Made by a program: the position numbers and the translations under genes
The notes under the pieces: generated by a model
Seen by the model: the letters and a program-made list of their open reading frames with translations, nothing else
The model's database searches: none
Told to the model about the DNA's origin: nothing
Shown here: positions 12,901 through 27,900 of the stretch, piece by piece
Position numbering within the stretch: the stretch's first letter is position 1
How the letters are laid out: each line of letters starts with the position of its first letter
From: Phoronis australis
Lineage: Eukaryota; Animalia; Phoronida
Reading direction: 5' to 3'
Assembly (NCBI GenBank): GCA_002633005.1
Contig: NMRA01000356.1
Span: forward strand, 385,095-433,823
DNA: 48,729 bases

Positions 12901-15900
12901 ACCAGGGCCTATACTCAGCAATGCCGAATACACGAACACAGTATAAATACTGTAGCTCACCCTAATTATATCCTAGTGGGAATAGCATTATTTTTAGATT
13001 TCAAGCATGCATTTTTATTCTCAGATATGCATCCTAGGTATATTTTAGGAAAAAATTTAAGATACGCAAATTGGCCATATTTTCTTCTGGATTTATATAC
13101 GGAAATTTACGGTGGATCTTCTTAAACCTGTAAACCATGAAAATTTCATTGAGACAGTTTTGTTCTACTAACATGTTCAACTAACATTCCGTTCATGCAA
13201 GTCGGTCAGTACGTTCGCATTTAAGGCGTTATTGCAACAGGTAAGTGTTGTTTTGATTTTTGTTTGGTGCTTCCATATTTTATTTTGTTATGTATTCCTG
13301 TCTTCAGATAGTCACTGTTATTCTTCAACAACATTTCTGTACTTATAATGAGACTTCAGTAAACTCGCGACTGTTCATACTTTAAATGTTAGCAGAAGTG
13401 TGTAGTGTCCATCAGCAGAGACCTGTGGGAAGAACTATTTTCCGTAACTGTAGCAAATATATGACGCAATGAAATGAAAACGGTCGACATAGATGAATTG
13501 TAATTGGTTAAATGTATATTAAGAAAGAAAATTAAGTATATAAATAGTAGACCGGTTCTTGAATTGCCTGGTTTACGTCCTTCATGAGTTCACCTGTCCC
13601 AAATTGAGTGCTTTCGTTTTTCTTTTCAGGTCGTCACTAGTCGATTCTTCTAACAGTCGTGATCTGCCCAGTAGCCTATTGTATCAACGTGCGCAACAAC
13701 GGTCTTGGCAGGGGGTTGCACCAAGCAGACTCCCTTAGAATTAGTGGCACAAAATCGACATTGGTGTGCAGCAGGAGGCTGAGGGGGGGTGGGGAGGGGT
13801 GGCGGCGTAAATTAGTAGTGACTGAGGGAGACTGAGCTGCGCGAAATTGGTGATGACCGTGGACGGCGCTAAACTGGTGACGACCAGAAGAAACGGCCCT
13901 GTTATCTTCGCAGATTATCAGAAAATGCTAACGATTATCAGTTTCATTTCATCCACAAACAGATTTCACAAGTCAGAGTTTTCACTGTGGTTGAAAACGT
14001 AAGCGAACCCAGATGTGTTAGGTCACCTCAGTTGCATGAAGACGCGCCAGTGTATCACTGAGTAAATATCTGGCGTTTCAAAGGCTGTGGATGAGAAAGG
14101 TTTTAATTGTAAAAAAACGGTTGGGTGAATTTGATGTTGGTAGCATTTGAAATTGCATTTGCTTTCTAGTCAACGCCCTTATATATCCAATATGTTAGTT
14201 AATCGTGTCTTCAGCCGCGCAGCACTGTACTAGTCGACGCATTCCCATCATTTGCAGTAGGCCTAAACATGTAGAACGACAGCGCTTCTTCAACAATTCA
14301 GACGACTACCAGGACGACAAATGGGGATCACGAGTAGATGAGAAACTACTCGTTTTATTATCATGATTGTCTTTTTAATCTGTTTTGGGTAATTGTTCAA
14401 TCAAAGTTTTTATGTTGAAACTGAGCTTTCAGGTAATATGGAAATAAACTTGTCAGACTTAACTTGCGTTTCGGTTTGTAACCAGCAGACAATGCATGGA
14501 TACCTTTAACAAACATAAATATATGCTATGTTCTTGTCATTGTTCGTCACTTTCTTCACTGAACTCGTTCCCACATCCATTACTGTTACGTTTAATGCAA
14601 AATTCGTTAAAATTGAGAAAGCGCATGTTTTGATGGTTGGGAACCCTCTTTGTGCGCCGAATACGCAAGTCCAGCTTTTTATTGGGAAACCATGCGTTGA
14701 CAGCGCAAACTCGACATTTTTTATTGAGAAAACGCATTTTTACAAAAGAGAATCGGTTGTCTATAACGTTTCATGTGCGTCAACAACGCAAACCAGACCC
14801 ACTCATTGAAAAGCCCATATTTGTCACCAGGAAGACTCTTCACAACGCAGCCCGGCCGATATTTCAAGTGAGATAGCGCAGTTTTGAAAAGATTCCGTCT
14901 CTTGCCGAGAACGGTTTTTGAGCATCGGCAATGCAAGCCGAATATTTCGTATTGAGAAAGCACATCTTTGAAAAGAAGAACCAACACTTGTTGGGAACGG
15001 TCTTTGTGCGTCAACGACGCACATTTCTTGTTGGGAAAGCCAGATTTTCAAAAATTAATCGCTCAGACCATTTGATTCTCATTTACCTGCAATTATACTG
15101 CTATCAAATGACTGAGCCAGCATTGTTGATACTACGACCGCTCATCGAAATTATGTACACCCACGAAATTCGGACACTAGCGGAAACCCAAATTTGGAGG
15201 TCCGCCAAATTCGGACACCACAAAATGATATTTCGCGAGATTCGTCCAAGAATGAATTTTTTCTATTGGAATTAGTTTTCAGTGTCCGAAAATCACGCGA
15301 CTTTACCGACTTTACCGTACAATAAGTTTACTTAGTTGTCTCCCCGTGGATGTGTTGATTTCAGCTTGTCATTGACTGGCATCATGATGTATACATACAA
15401 TAAGTTTACTTAATTTGTCACCCTGTGGATGTGTGGATACAGCTCGTCACTGACCATGCAGTGCTATTACTGAAGACTTGTTTGAGTTAAACACTTGCAT
15501 CTTTATTCGGGACATACATATCGATCATAAAATCACTTTATCAGTACTTATGTTCCCAAGTCTTCTCACACAAAACCTCTGATATAGTGTGTGTTCTATA
15601 CTTTAGCCAGTGCTGCAAAGCGTTGACTCTTCCAGCATCTATTACTCTTGTTAATTTAATAACCTCTGTCTCTATTGCTAGGTCTCTATTGACTAATCAA
15701 GTAGCTGCTGATTCTGTAACTGCAACTCAACTGTAATGTATCCCTAACTTTAATTAACTCAACTGATTTTCACTAACCAATGCCTAGGTTATTTATAGTC
15801 TCTTACAATGTTCTGAACGTTTTCACCAATTCAAGCACATTCTAGAACTTTCTGGAATCTACCCAGTCAGTCTACAAGCATGTTAGGCACTATGATGTTC

Positions 15901-18900
15901 TAGACTAAGACTATTATGCTCTAATATACTGGAATCTACTAGAATATTCTCTAGTATTGTAAAAAATATGTCATAACTGGCTTGACCTCAAGGGTCAGTC
16001 AATCAAAGAAATGGAACAGCCAAATGAAACCTATAATAGAACTGAAATCATTATCATTCCACTCCTGATAGCAATATTGATTGACCTATTTTTTATACAT
16101 TTATTAATAATGAGCACATTTACAATAACACAAAAAGACAAGAACAACACATACACGCACACACACACGCGTACCCCACACCTAATCCTCTTGACTACTA
16201 GGAAAAACACTTTCAAAATTACACCATCTTTTTTGTACAAATTCTGAATTCAAATCCTTATGAGCACTATACTTTTCACTCATGTAATATTGTTTGATGA
16301 AGTTTAAAAATCTACTTAGAAGTGATCTTTTTGATCCAAACTTTTGGGTGTAAATAAACTGTTTACCCAATAATAAAATGTTTTTAAAATTTTTGTTTTT
16401 ATCAAAAAAGCCAATAATAACATTGTTGCCGGTGAGAGTGCCGACACATTGGGGATTTGCTTTGTTTAAAATTTCATTATTAACTTTTGTCCAAAATGAA
16501 TTTATTATTTCACATTCCCAAAATGAGTGTTTCAAAATCTCTTTCGATTGTCCACAAAAGGAACAAGAGCTGTCATCCGTAACTTGAATTATTTTCAAAA
16601 ATGAGTGAGTAGTCAAATTTCTCGTCAAGAGTCTGAACTGAAGCCACCTAATTCTTGGTTCTCTTGTGTTATATAGAAGGGAGTAAACATCTTCCCATGA
16701 AAAATTATTAGTATTTACGTTCAATTTTTTGGCCCGTTTTGATTCCGCTTTTGAGACTTCGGAACTATAATTTAATTGTGTACAAGTATGTCGACACCCT
16801 CTCCCACCACTTCAGTTTCATTAAAATCGTTGGCATGACAACACAATACGCATCAAAACTAACAACTCTTTAGCGCCTTTCATACTAACGTCGACGCTTT
16901 GATGGTTTGGGTAGTTGCGGTCAGTATGAATGCTTAACTCCGATCCTGGATCGAAGTTAACAGCTCCAGTTAACATGGCAGTTAACAGATGGATTTAACA
17001 ATGCAGCATTGACGCTGCAGTGCAGTATGAACGATTATCTTCGGTCCAATGGAAGTTATCGCCAGGTGCCACTGTTATCGTCATTAATTACAGGTTAGTG
17101 CTGTCACTAATACCGGCTTATATTTTGCTCTAATAATGACCAATCGATTTAAAAATAAGTTTAATGTCAATTAGCACAGGTGAATGTTCCCAAATTGTCA
17201 CATTGAAAAAATGTTAGCATGCAGCGCTACCTTGCGATAACTTCGATGACGACAGCATCACCTCCCGTTTACTTCGATGTTCATTAACTATCGAAGTCTG
17301 TATGAACGGTCTAGTTAACTCCGCTGTTTTCGTCGACGCTCCGCTCTGACCAGAGTTAAGTCAATATGAAAGGGCCTTCTCAATACCACATTTCTGTTGG
17401 TACTTACATATTACTGAAATTAGACTATTATACTCCATAAAGTTTGTTTTGATACCTAAAACTTCCACAACAAAATCTATAGTTCAAAATATTACCGTCT
17501 GGCGAAAACAAGTCCTTTATAAAGACTCAGCCTCCATGGCACCAATTCCTGTAGAAAATACTTTTGCCCGGCCTGCAGGTAACTGCTAAACCATGTAGGT
17601 TGTTTAAGAAAATCTATCTGATTTTTGATTTTCAAACAATTTCCAAAGGAGATTACTCATTCAAAAAAATCTTTCGAGAAATGAATATTAGGCAAATTTT
17701 TCTTGAGAAAATCAACTCTATACTTTTTTTAAACATTTACTACAATAATAACACAGTACAAAGACAGAAATCCCCAATGACACATCACACACACACACGC
17801 ACTTATTTCACCGAAAACTCAATTTCACAAATCAAAAACACCCAATGTACTTTTCTCATCTGCATTTCTTTTTAAAGAGGAAAAAAATAACAGACCATCT
17901 TTGGAGAAATATGTCTCCTAATCCATTTTTACAATAATTATATTTTTCGAATGTGGAATTCTTTTTTTGAAAAGTGTTATAGATGGATGTTTTACTTTCA
18001 GCTTTCTACAGTATATATGCTTTTTGGCCAAAAGAACGATAAGATTCAACAGTTCATTTGCTTTTCCAGTTCTACCAAATATAACAGTCTGAAAATCTAT
18101 CGATATATCAACGTTTTTTGCGTGAATATAATATTCAGCTATTCTTTTCCAAAAAGGCTGAACAAAAGTGCAACCCCAAAGTAAATGTTCTAAACTTTCA
18201 GGTTCATTCCTATAAAGGGTACATCGGTCAGTTGGAGAAATACCAATTCGCATTAAAAAGTTATTTGTTGCTAAAATTCTATGTACAATTCTCACTTGAA
18301 ACCATCTGAGTCTAACAGTTGAAGAACAAAAAACAGAAGTTTGAAAACATAACTTCCATTCGGTCATTGATCTTGCAAAAGCAAAAGTATTTTCCCATTT
18401 TTCTAATCCTTTTGGTTTTTGAAACAAAGTTGTCCAAAAAATATCACATAGATCACGAGTACCTTTCGAATTTTTGGCCAAAATTTGCCAGAGTTGTGAG
18501 ATAACTGGTTGAGACGCTTTTGAACTTGAAAACGATATTTTTTTTGAAGGTTAATTTCTAGCAATTTTTCAGTCCGTAATAAAGAGTAAATAAAGGTTTA
18601 AACTCAAATTTGTCTGCAAAAAAATTCCGTTTTTGTCAAATAAGTCACCTAAGAATCTCACGCCCTTTTCATTCCAAGTAGGATAAAATATTGGTTTTCC
18701 TCCAACTTGAGCCTTTGTGTTATGCCATAAAGGATGGGACAGTAAAGTTCAGTTTTTCTAGAATATGTTTCTAAGGCTGTGGCAAGGATATCAGAAGATG
18801 TACAATTTTTGAAACCGCAAGCGCCTTGATTACTGTAATCCTCCCGAATGGCATCAAAATTCTTTTGGACCAATTTTTCAAAATTAATTCAATATCTTTC

Positions 18901-21900
18901 AATTTCACCAAGTAATTCTGGTCTGCCATATCATGTAAGCTGACTTAGAAATTAATCATGAAATTTGTTTTGGTCCATGATAACTGTTCTCTGACAAATT
19001 TTTTGAGCGCTGTTAACCATGCTGTCAAACCACATGGCTTTTGTTTTTTCAACATTGACCCTGAGGCTGGAGAAATGAGCAAACAGATTTAGAATATTTA
19101 AAGTGTCATCAGCATATTGGGATAGTAAGTACTCATGATCCAGAATTTTGATTCCATTTATATTTTTGTTTTGTCTGATCTTGAGAGCCAAAATTTCTGC
19201 ACAAATAATAAATAGATAAGGAGATAATGGGTCACCTTGTCTGACTCCTCTTTGTATATCAAACCAACGAGGAGGTTGGCCACTAACAATAACACATGAT
19301 TTGATATTTTTATAGAAAACTTTGACCCATCTCTTAATTGACCACCCAAAATTAAAATTAAAAAAAAAAAGATAAAGCTTTTTCAATGAAAACCCCAACA
19401 CAATGAGTCAAAGGCTTTTTCAAAATCTATAAGAAGTAGTAGCCCATGTATTTGAATCATCTGGGAATAATAGAACTGATCATATAGCACACGAATGTTA
19501 TCAGCCAAGTTCCTTCCCGAGATGTAGCCACTCTGATCCTCATGAATAATTTTCCCTAGCACAGGCTTATTGCATTCCGCAACTGCTACAGACGTGATTT
19601 TGTAGGTTACATTGAGAAGAGAAATAGGACGCCAGTTTTTTAGAAAATGTTTACTTTTGTCTGCACTTTTGGGAATACAGGTAATAATACCTTCTTTCTG
19701 AGTGGATGGTAGTTGACCCACAGCAAAGCTGGTATTTATAGATCGGAGTACAAAATATCTGTATCATCCCAAAAGAATTTAAAACACTCAATGGTAAACC
19801 CATTAGAGCCAGGACTGTTATTGCTTTTCAGCTTTTTCAAACACTTGTTTGCAAAAAACTAAAGGTGCAGCAATATCTATCTCTTTGCAAATTAATGATG
19901 ACAAAGTTAAGAAAAGTCTTGGAGTCCGGCATAAATGGTAGTTTGTTTACGGAATACTACGAAACAATAATTCTTCACAAGTGAAAACTTGTCACCTGTG
20001 GTGAGTTGCCTGCCTATACACTTGGGAAAGCGGAATATTGTTTGAGCTGTTTGTGAGCACATTGAAAATGATGAAAACGGGGCTGATGATGATAAAAACT
20101 GTTGGGTGTGCAAATTGCAGGTGATTCAAGACTTCATGAACGTGACTCATTACAACCGTACAGGAATGTACATGGACAGCTCATCGCTGACTATCCTTTG
20201 GTCAGCCACCGTCGCTGTGTTCGCTGTCGGAGGGATGATCGGGGGCGTGTGTGCTGGTATCTGGGCTGACAAGTTTGGAAGGTATAAATATCCATCCTTG
20301 GCAATTTTCTGTTTGTTGTTTTATTAAACTATGTGTTTCACATATATGTGAAATAAGTTTTTATAAACAAATGCTGCACAGTCGAGCAACGATTTTCACT
20401 GGTGATGGGAGTCGGATGGATTGTCATAATGGATAGGATTCAAACCTACAGATCGTCGCATATAATTGGTAATGGATAATCATATTTTAAGGTTATCTAC
20501 TCTCAACTCTTAGAGTCAAATATCGAAAAAATTATGCTTTGTCAACCTTAAAAAATAAAGGCATCAAAAGTTCTAGAAACTGAATGATGTTTATGGTGTA
20601 TAAAATGTCTGGTCTTACCGCACACTCCCTGGGTTGACTAATGTTCACCTTCTAGTAAATGATCGATAACCCTCAGTAAGCCAACTAATAACTTGTGTTA
20701 GTCTCCTCCCTATAATACAGCCAGAATACATTGTGTAATGTAGTAAGTCTCAAGTCAAACTTGATCAATTAGTCAGCATGATATAACTTTAGTGCAAAGA
20801 TTTTTCAATATTGTTTTTGGTTGATTGGGATTGTTAAAGCTGACACTGCACAAATTACACAGTGACACTCTATTTATTGCCAACAATCTGTCAATAATAG
20901 CTGCAGTAGTTTCTTATCTGAGCTCATGTTGTATTGAATTTTTCCAATATTGCACAAGCTACTCTAAGACATGTTTTATTCAATATGTTCGACACATGCT
21001 ATTTTTAAGTTTTGCACAAGCCATTTTGTTCGTTCATTAGATGTACTTTGCTGTCCAAACCAACAGTTCGTTCATTAGATGTACTTTGCTGTCCAAACCA
21101 ACAGTTCGTTCATTAGATGTACTTTGCTGTCCAAACCAACAGTCCGTTCATTAGATGTACTTTGCTGTCCAAACCAACAGTTCGTTCATTAGATGTACTT
21201 TGCTGTCCAAACCAACAGTTTGTTCATTAGATGTACTTTGTTGTTCAAACCAACATTTTACTTTGCTTTCCTCTTCAAAATACATAAAGTGCCCGTGCTC
21301 TTAAAGAGTAGTATATTGGGATGTATTTTAAACTGCATTGGAAGTGGTTTAACCATTGTTGGATCATTCAACACCAGAGTACATTTTTTACGTCTGTGTA
21401 GTGATTTTCTGAATACAGTGTGATCTCATTTTTTAAAATGTTAAAAATTCCTTGACTTAAAGATGAATGAAGATTTTCATTTCATTATTGCAATTGTAGA
21501 ATGGCTTGACTGTTTTTTCTTGCAGGAAGCGAGGGATGTTATATAACACAGTGTTTGGTATTGCAGCCGGTGCTCTGTTTGGATTCAGCAAGCTAGCACT
21601 GTCTTATGAAATGATCGTGGTAGCGAGGGTTATTGTTGGATTTCACTGTGGTATGTCACTGATGACCATGTGCTAATAAACCACATTTATTGCTTATTCA
21701 AGCCGCTTGTTGAACTAGGCTTAGTAAGCCAATCTCATTAAATGTTACCATCACATAGTCTCAACACGCACATGGCTTGATACCTTCCTTCTTAGGGCTC
21801 TGTTGTGACCAGAGTTGTGCTACAAGTGTCAACTATGGAAAACAAATGGGGAAAATTTTCCAGGACACGTATTTTGTATTCAAGAATTAAAATCTCTGTA

Positions 21901-24900
21901 TAACCGAAAGTAAAACTCGAAACCATAATTTATCACACCTGAGGACCTATAATTTATCATGTCAGAACCAAAATTTAACACGTCAGGACTGAAAATTTAT
22001 CATGCCAGGACAGAAAATTTTCATACCAGCAGGCCACTATCCAACAATGACGATTGGCTGTGTCGCTGTAATACTCAGTCGTATTCAAGTCTTATGTGTC
22101 CTAAAGGCTAAGTGTACATTTGACTTCTATTGTAAAGCATGGAAGAGGCAATAGAAATTCAACCTTATTGTCACGATAACATGATTTTGTTGGTGAAGCA
22201 TTATGTACCTAGTTCCCACGTTATCTCTTTGAGGTATCATTGCTTGTGCATGGTCACATAGTCTCCTAACATGAAATTTTTCTGGCGTGATGTAAATTTT
22301 CGGTCCTGGTGTGTTTAATTTTGGTCCTGAAATGTTAATTTTTCGGTCCTGACATGATAAATTAAAGGTTCTGACATAATAAATGTTCGTCACTGATGTG
22401 ATAAATTTTGGTCTTGACTTGTTGTTTGGTCTTGCAGAGTTTAAATAATGTTTGGAATTGTTTTTAATTCTTGCATATTGAGTGAAAATTCTGGTTTTGA
22501 GGTATTTATTTTTGGTCCTCCATAGAAAATATGTGTGTGATTAAGATTTTGTGTGAGTATTGTTAGAGAATGCTAGGGTCACTGCTTTGGGGATAATTTT
22601 GTACCTGTATCAAATACCACAATTCATTTCTGTGTATATTGCAATAATCAGTATAATTTATATTTCAAGTGTCTCATTTGTTAAACTCAAGTCCAGCAAC
22701 TGTAAGAGGCAATACAGCATACAATTGGTGTTCAATATGACAAAAGTAATTTCTGCACACACATTGCTAATACCATGCTTTTGGCATCCTGTCATAATAA
22801 CGATAACATATCCTACGAAATAGCCTGCTCATTAATAGGTGAAACGGGTATCACCCGAACAGTGCAAGTTCTGCAATCTGTTGCAGGCCTCTACACCGGT
22901 TTGGCACCCATGTACCTGTCCGAGGTGGCTCCCAATAAGCTGCGGGGTGCCCTTGGGGTGGTCAACCAGCTGGCTGTTACCATTGCTCTACTCGTGTCGC
23001 AGGTGTGTGGACTGGACATGGTCTTGGGTACAGAGAGTGGCTGGCCAATCCTGTTAGGTGAGCAACTGGTCAAGAGAGTGTAGATAGTACAGACTGAGAT
23101 TATGGTGCGCTACTAGACTGCCTAGTATTGTGACCCACTTGTTTCTGGTTTCAGGACAATTGCTGAATTAGTACTGTCTTGGCACTTTTGTAATGAAGAA
23201 ATTCTCAGAATCATTGAATTGTACCATACTAGTTGCAAATAAAGTAGAAGCTGACTGAGAGCTTCCAGATACACCCTGCCATCTTGATCACTGTGATTTC
23301 CATTACTGTAACCAATGATGCGCGTGTGACGTTGTTTACACAAAGTAATTCATTTAGTATTTAAATTTGTTGGCAGTTAGTTCTTGGCATGGACTACTTA
23401 TGAGATGGGGAAAGAGACCAGAAAATTATAACTACTTACTGTACTCATTAGAGTTAATGCCTAGGGTGCTTCAATTGGGGAATATATGGAGTTATGAGGA
23501 GTGGGTTGTGGGCGCTTACCAGAACAACCAAGGGAGATACGTTGACAAGTGACTTAATTCAGTACACTATATGTTGTCTTATTTCCAGGTCTGACTGCTG
23601 TGCCTGCAATTATCCAACTGTTGACCTTGCCGTTCTGCCCAGAGAGTCCCCGCTACCTGCTTCTCACACTGGACAAGGAAGGCGAGGCAGTACAGGGTAA
23701 GATTGACCTTACACATATGTTCAATAGATCACATTGCTGCCTAGTGCAATGTGTGCTTTGACAATGGCCCTCTAGTCACGTTTTGTGGGTCGGGTTAATG
23801 AAAGTCAAAAATGGAATGGACTGATTCCTAGATTTGGAAACCGCTGCCGTCTGAAAGTTGAAGTAAACAAGATATTTCTAATGGTCTGGTTGCACTGACC
23901 AGATCTCATCTAAGCTTTGTGTGTCGAGCTATACACCTCTAACCACGCTAACAATTGAAGGAAAATTTTTCTTGATGCTGATTTTCATTGAGAGATTTAA
24001 CAAATTAAGTATGATTCCCCCTTGTCTGTCTTATTGTGTCCCAAATTTCAGAGCATTTCTGGTCCTGTAAAGATGCCTTTGTGTGTTTAACTGTCTCATC
24101 GATATTTTAGCTCTTATGAAACTACGAGGTGCCTCTGACGTGCAAGATGACTTAAATGAAATGAAGAAAGAGCAAAAAGATAAAGACTCAGAAAACAAGG
24201 TTTGTTGAAATCAAACTATTGTAACATACTGTAACTCTCAAAGCAAGGTGTATCTATTGTGTCTGGGCTTTTGTCCACGCCCGGTGTAGCCTGCACTTTT
24301 GAAAATGCATATTTTTGTGTTGTGTATCACCCAGTCAACATGTAGGTTTATTTTCTCAATTTAAACACCTCAAAAATCCCTAGTTGGTTCTGCGCTTACT
24401 GACTTAACAACACCTGCCAGAGTCAATTTCAGCCAAAGTCTGTTTTTTGAAGAGTTGCAAGTGAGAAGGGTTTGAAATGTCATGATTTGCCAAGCAGTCA
24501 GTCAGAAAATCCCGCCATCGTTTTTACTCCTCTCAAGTGGACTCCCACAGGAAACTAGGGCGCAAGCTCCTTGCATAGATAACAGTATTTAGGCGTATCT
24601 ATTGTATCTATTACTCACTTTGTTTTTCTTTCTTGTAATAAAGATTGTGGTAAACATTTATCGGTAACCGGCTGACGGGTACCCAAGTTACGATATCGGG
24701 GCGACCTGTATTGTTATATCGAACAAAGACGCAACAAAGGAAAACAATGGTAGAGTCCCACAGATGTTAACTATGCGACGCGCTTACGCCCCCCCCCGCA
24801 TGGATCTATAGCAAGTTAAATTATTATGTACCAATCTCCTTGAGTGTAAAAATCAGGAACTTTCCACTATCACGATCTAATCTAGAGTTATGCTCGATTA

Positions 24901-27900
24901 AACTTGTCAAGTACGCCTTTTGTGTCGGTACACAATACTGCGGTTAAGCTGGTCAGGGCTTCACAGTCACACAAAGGAATCAACAGGCAAAAGTTAAGTC
25001 TAATTTCTTTTAAAGTCGACCGTTTTTCTCCATTCGAAGTTTTTTGATCAAAGTATTTCATACAAAACACATCTGCTTCATGACATTTCTTTAAAGCTGT
25101 TTGCAAATAATATTTATGTTCAAAGTATGTCTCGGAAATGATAGGTGCATCGCAACTCTGTTTCCAGAATTTTTAAATATCGGTTAGCATCAGGTGAGCC
25201 GTTTACAACATAATTGCTGGATTCCTTGAGCATCAGATGAAAGCTGACAATAAGAGAGCAGGACTATGTAAACATTGGTTTGGCTCTGTCAAACTGATAA
25301 CGACAAGGCTGTATCCCGACTGTCCGACCAGGCAGTTGGGATACTCATTCCACAGCACTGGTGCGTAACTCAATAGCTTGCAAAATCCATACATCATTTG
25401 GCATGAGTTTTCTTTTCTAGAAAGTTTTTAAAAAAACAGAAACCAGAACCAACTGTTTTCTTTTAGCCTTATGTGTATTTTTTGAAAATGATATAGTTAT
25501 TCAGCAGCATGTTAGTTTCAAGTATACTAAGAACTTTTGTGGTACCGTCATGTCCTGAACAAATCCACTACAACAAGAACACTTTGTTTATCCTCCTTCA
25601 CTCTTATCAGGCTTCTATTGTGAGTCAGCATACGTGTATAATTGGCTGATAAGCCACCTATGGAACTACTTTTGGCTGAATGGATGGCCAAGCCATGAAA
25701 TGCCAATTAGCCAAAACAAGTTAAATAATGCTGCATGGAAAAGTTAATACCTCCAGGGCAATTTTGAGAGAGTGGGCATCTTCTGCTAGTCTTTCGCCTA
25801 AAGCGTTTTAAAAAACTTGGTTTACTGATCTCTGATTTTCGGGATTATGTAAAAATTAAATTCAAATTTCAACGTTTTCATTTCCGCCATCCTGGTTATG
25901 GAAACGAGCAGAAATTGGCAACAATCTGTATGAGCAACAAAAAATACCTTGCAGCATCACCTAGCCATGGTGTAAAGCTGTATACTAACTATACAGCTTT
26001 TCGCCGATGTGGGTAAAAACCTAACCAAAAATGTGACACAAAATTAGTGTCAATAAAAACTACACTCTTCCTCGAGTAAACTAAATTATTTAACGCAGTG
26101 ATAGAAAAATTGGCGTTCTACCGTTATTTTGCTGCTGAAATTGTGGTCCAATCTTTTGCTTGGCTTTCGGCGCCATGAAATATTGCGTCACCTATTGGCC
26201 AGTTTCTTTTTGACTGATGACAATGACTGAGCACAATGAAGTTAAACAACGTCGTTTTAGAGCTCGTAATAGCTATAATAAACGTATCCATGTGTTCCAG
26301 AATCTCTATAACACACCGAGTAGGTCTACATTTAATACTAGCCTAACTTGGGTTCTATATTTTTGTATTCGTTTGCGTTGAATGAAAGTAATTGTGAGGG
26401 TTGCTGTGTTCCAAAATCTCTTATCCTGGGCCGATTTGAAAAATTCAAAGTTCTAAAGTTGTGCCAATATTGTTTTCGCTCTTTTCAAATATTATAGTCA
26501 AAACTATGTAAAACGCTCTCCATAAAAAGTACGGTCATGTAGGCTAGATTTTAATCAGCTGATCAGCGTATCTGCATGAGGGAAGCCAATTATCCTCGCT
26601 CCTGAGTAGCTAGGCGTGACCCCTTTGATGGTGAGCTGAATGCGACACAGCCAAGGTGGATAAATATGGTCTAGTTCAATCTGTCAAACCCCACAGTTTT
26701 CTCAGATCAGTGGGGTTTGACGTTATCTCGTTTAGTGGGAATGTTTATGGCATGTTGTTACTTATTTATTAACTTTGTTTATTGAGATTTTTCAGAATTA
26801 GAGATGCATGAAACTGATCACACATGGAAATTAATGATCAGCAAATGTAATTAGATTATAATTCCATGTTTTCCCTGAAGGTGTCGCTGGCCAAGTTACT
26901 GTGTAGCAGTTCACTCCGTCTACCACTTGCCATTGGTATCTTTATGCATCTGTCTCAGCAATTTGGCGGCATTAATGCGGTAAGTTACAATGACCATGTA
27001 TTCCCTTAGAAATGTCACTTATTGAATCTGTTGTACACACCCCAGTTTACAATGACCATGTATTCCTTTAGAAATGTCACTTATTGAATCTGTTGTACAC
27101 ACCCCAGTTTACAATGACCATGTATTCCCTTAGAAATGTCACTTATTGAATCTGTTGTACACACCCCAGTTTACAATGACCATGTATTCCCTTAGAAATG
27201 TCACTTATTGAATCTGTTGTACACACCCCAGTTTGCTAGTTTGTGAATTAAGCACTGTTTGATGTTATGATAAAAATTGTTCAATTTTGAACAAAATATT
27301 GCCAGAATTATCATTTTGTTACATTGCTACTGATACAAAAATTTGCACCAAATGTTTCTTGATGACAGCTGTACTGCGCATCCGTGCAATCATAAAATTT
27401 CTTGAAAAGCCATTTTTGTTTGGAAATTTGACAAAATGAAATTTCACTTGCCCGCCATTGAATTTTTTACTGACATCAAGAATTTAAGAATGTTAACGTG
27501 ATCGTTACAAAGTGCTTTTTTCTCTGTAGTCACTTATGACTGCTGCTTCCTTTTCGAATAAACTATTTACACATTAGAAACACAGCCGGTGTCAGAGTAC
27601 CTTGTATGTTATCAATAGATACAAACACAGCCCGTGTCAGAGTACCTTATACGTAATCAATAGATACAAACACAGCCCGTGTCAGAGTACCTTGTATGTA
27701 ATCAATAGATACAAACACAGCCCGTGTCAGAGTACCTTATATGTTATCAATAGATACAAACACAGCCCGTGTCAGAGTACCTTGTATGTAATCAATAGAT
27801 ACAAACACAGCCCGTGTCAGAGTACCTTGTATGTTATCAATAGATACAAACACAGCCGCTGCAGACAACCCATGGCATTATTGTTAACTTCAAATTTAAT

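Noticed and set aside
14528-15275. Cluster of overlapping 66-114 aa ORFs
   Set aside because: They arise from degenerate internal repeats of the transposon; no recognisable domain.
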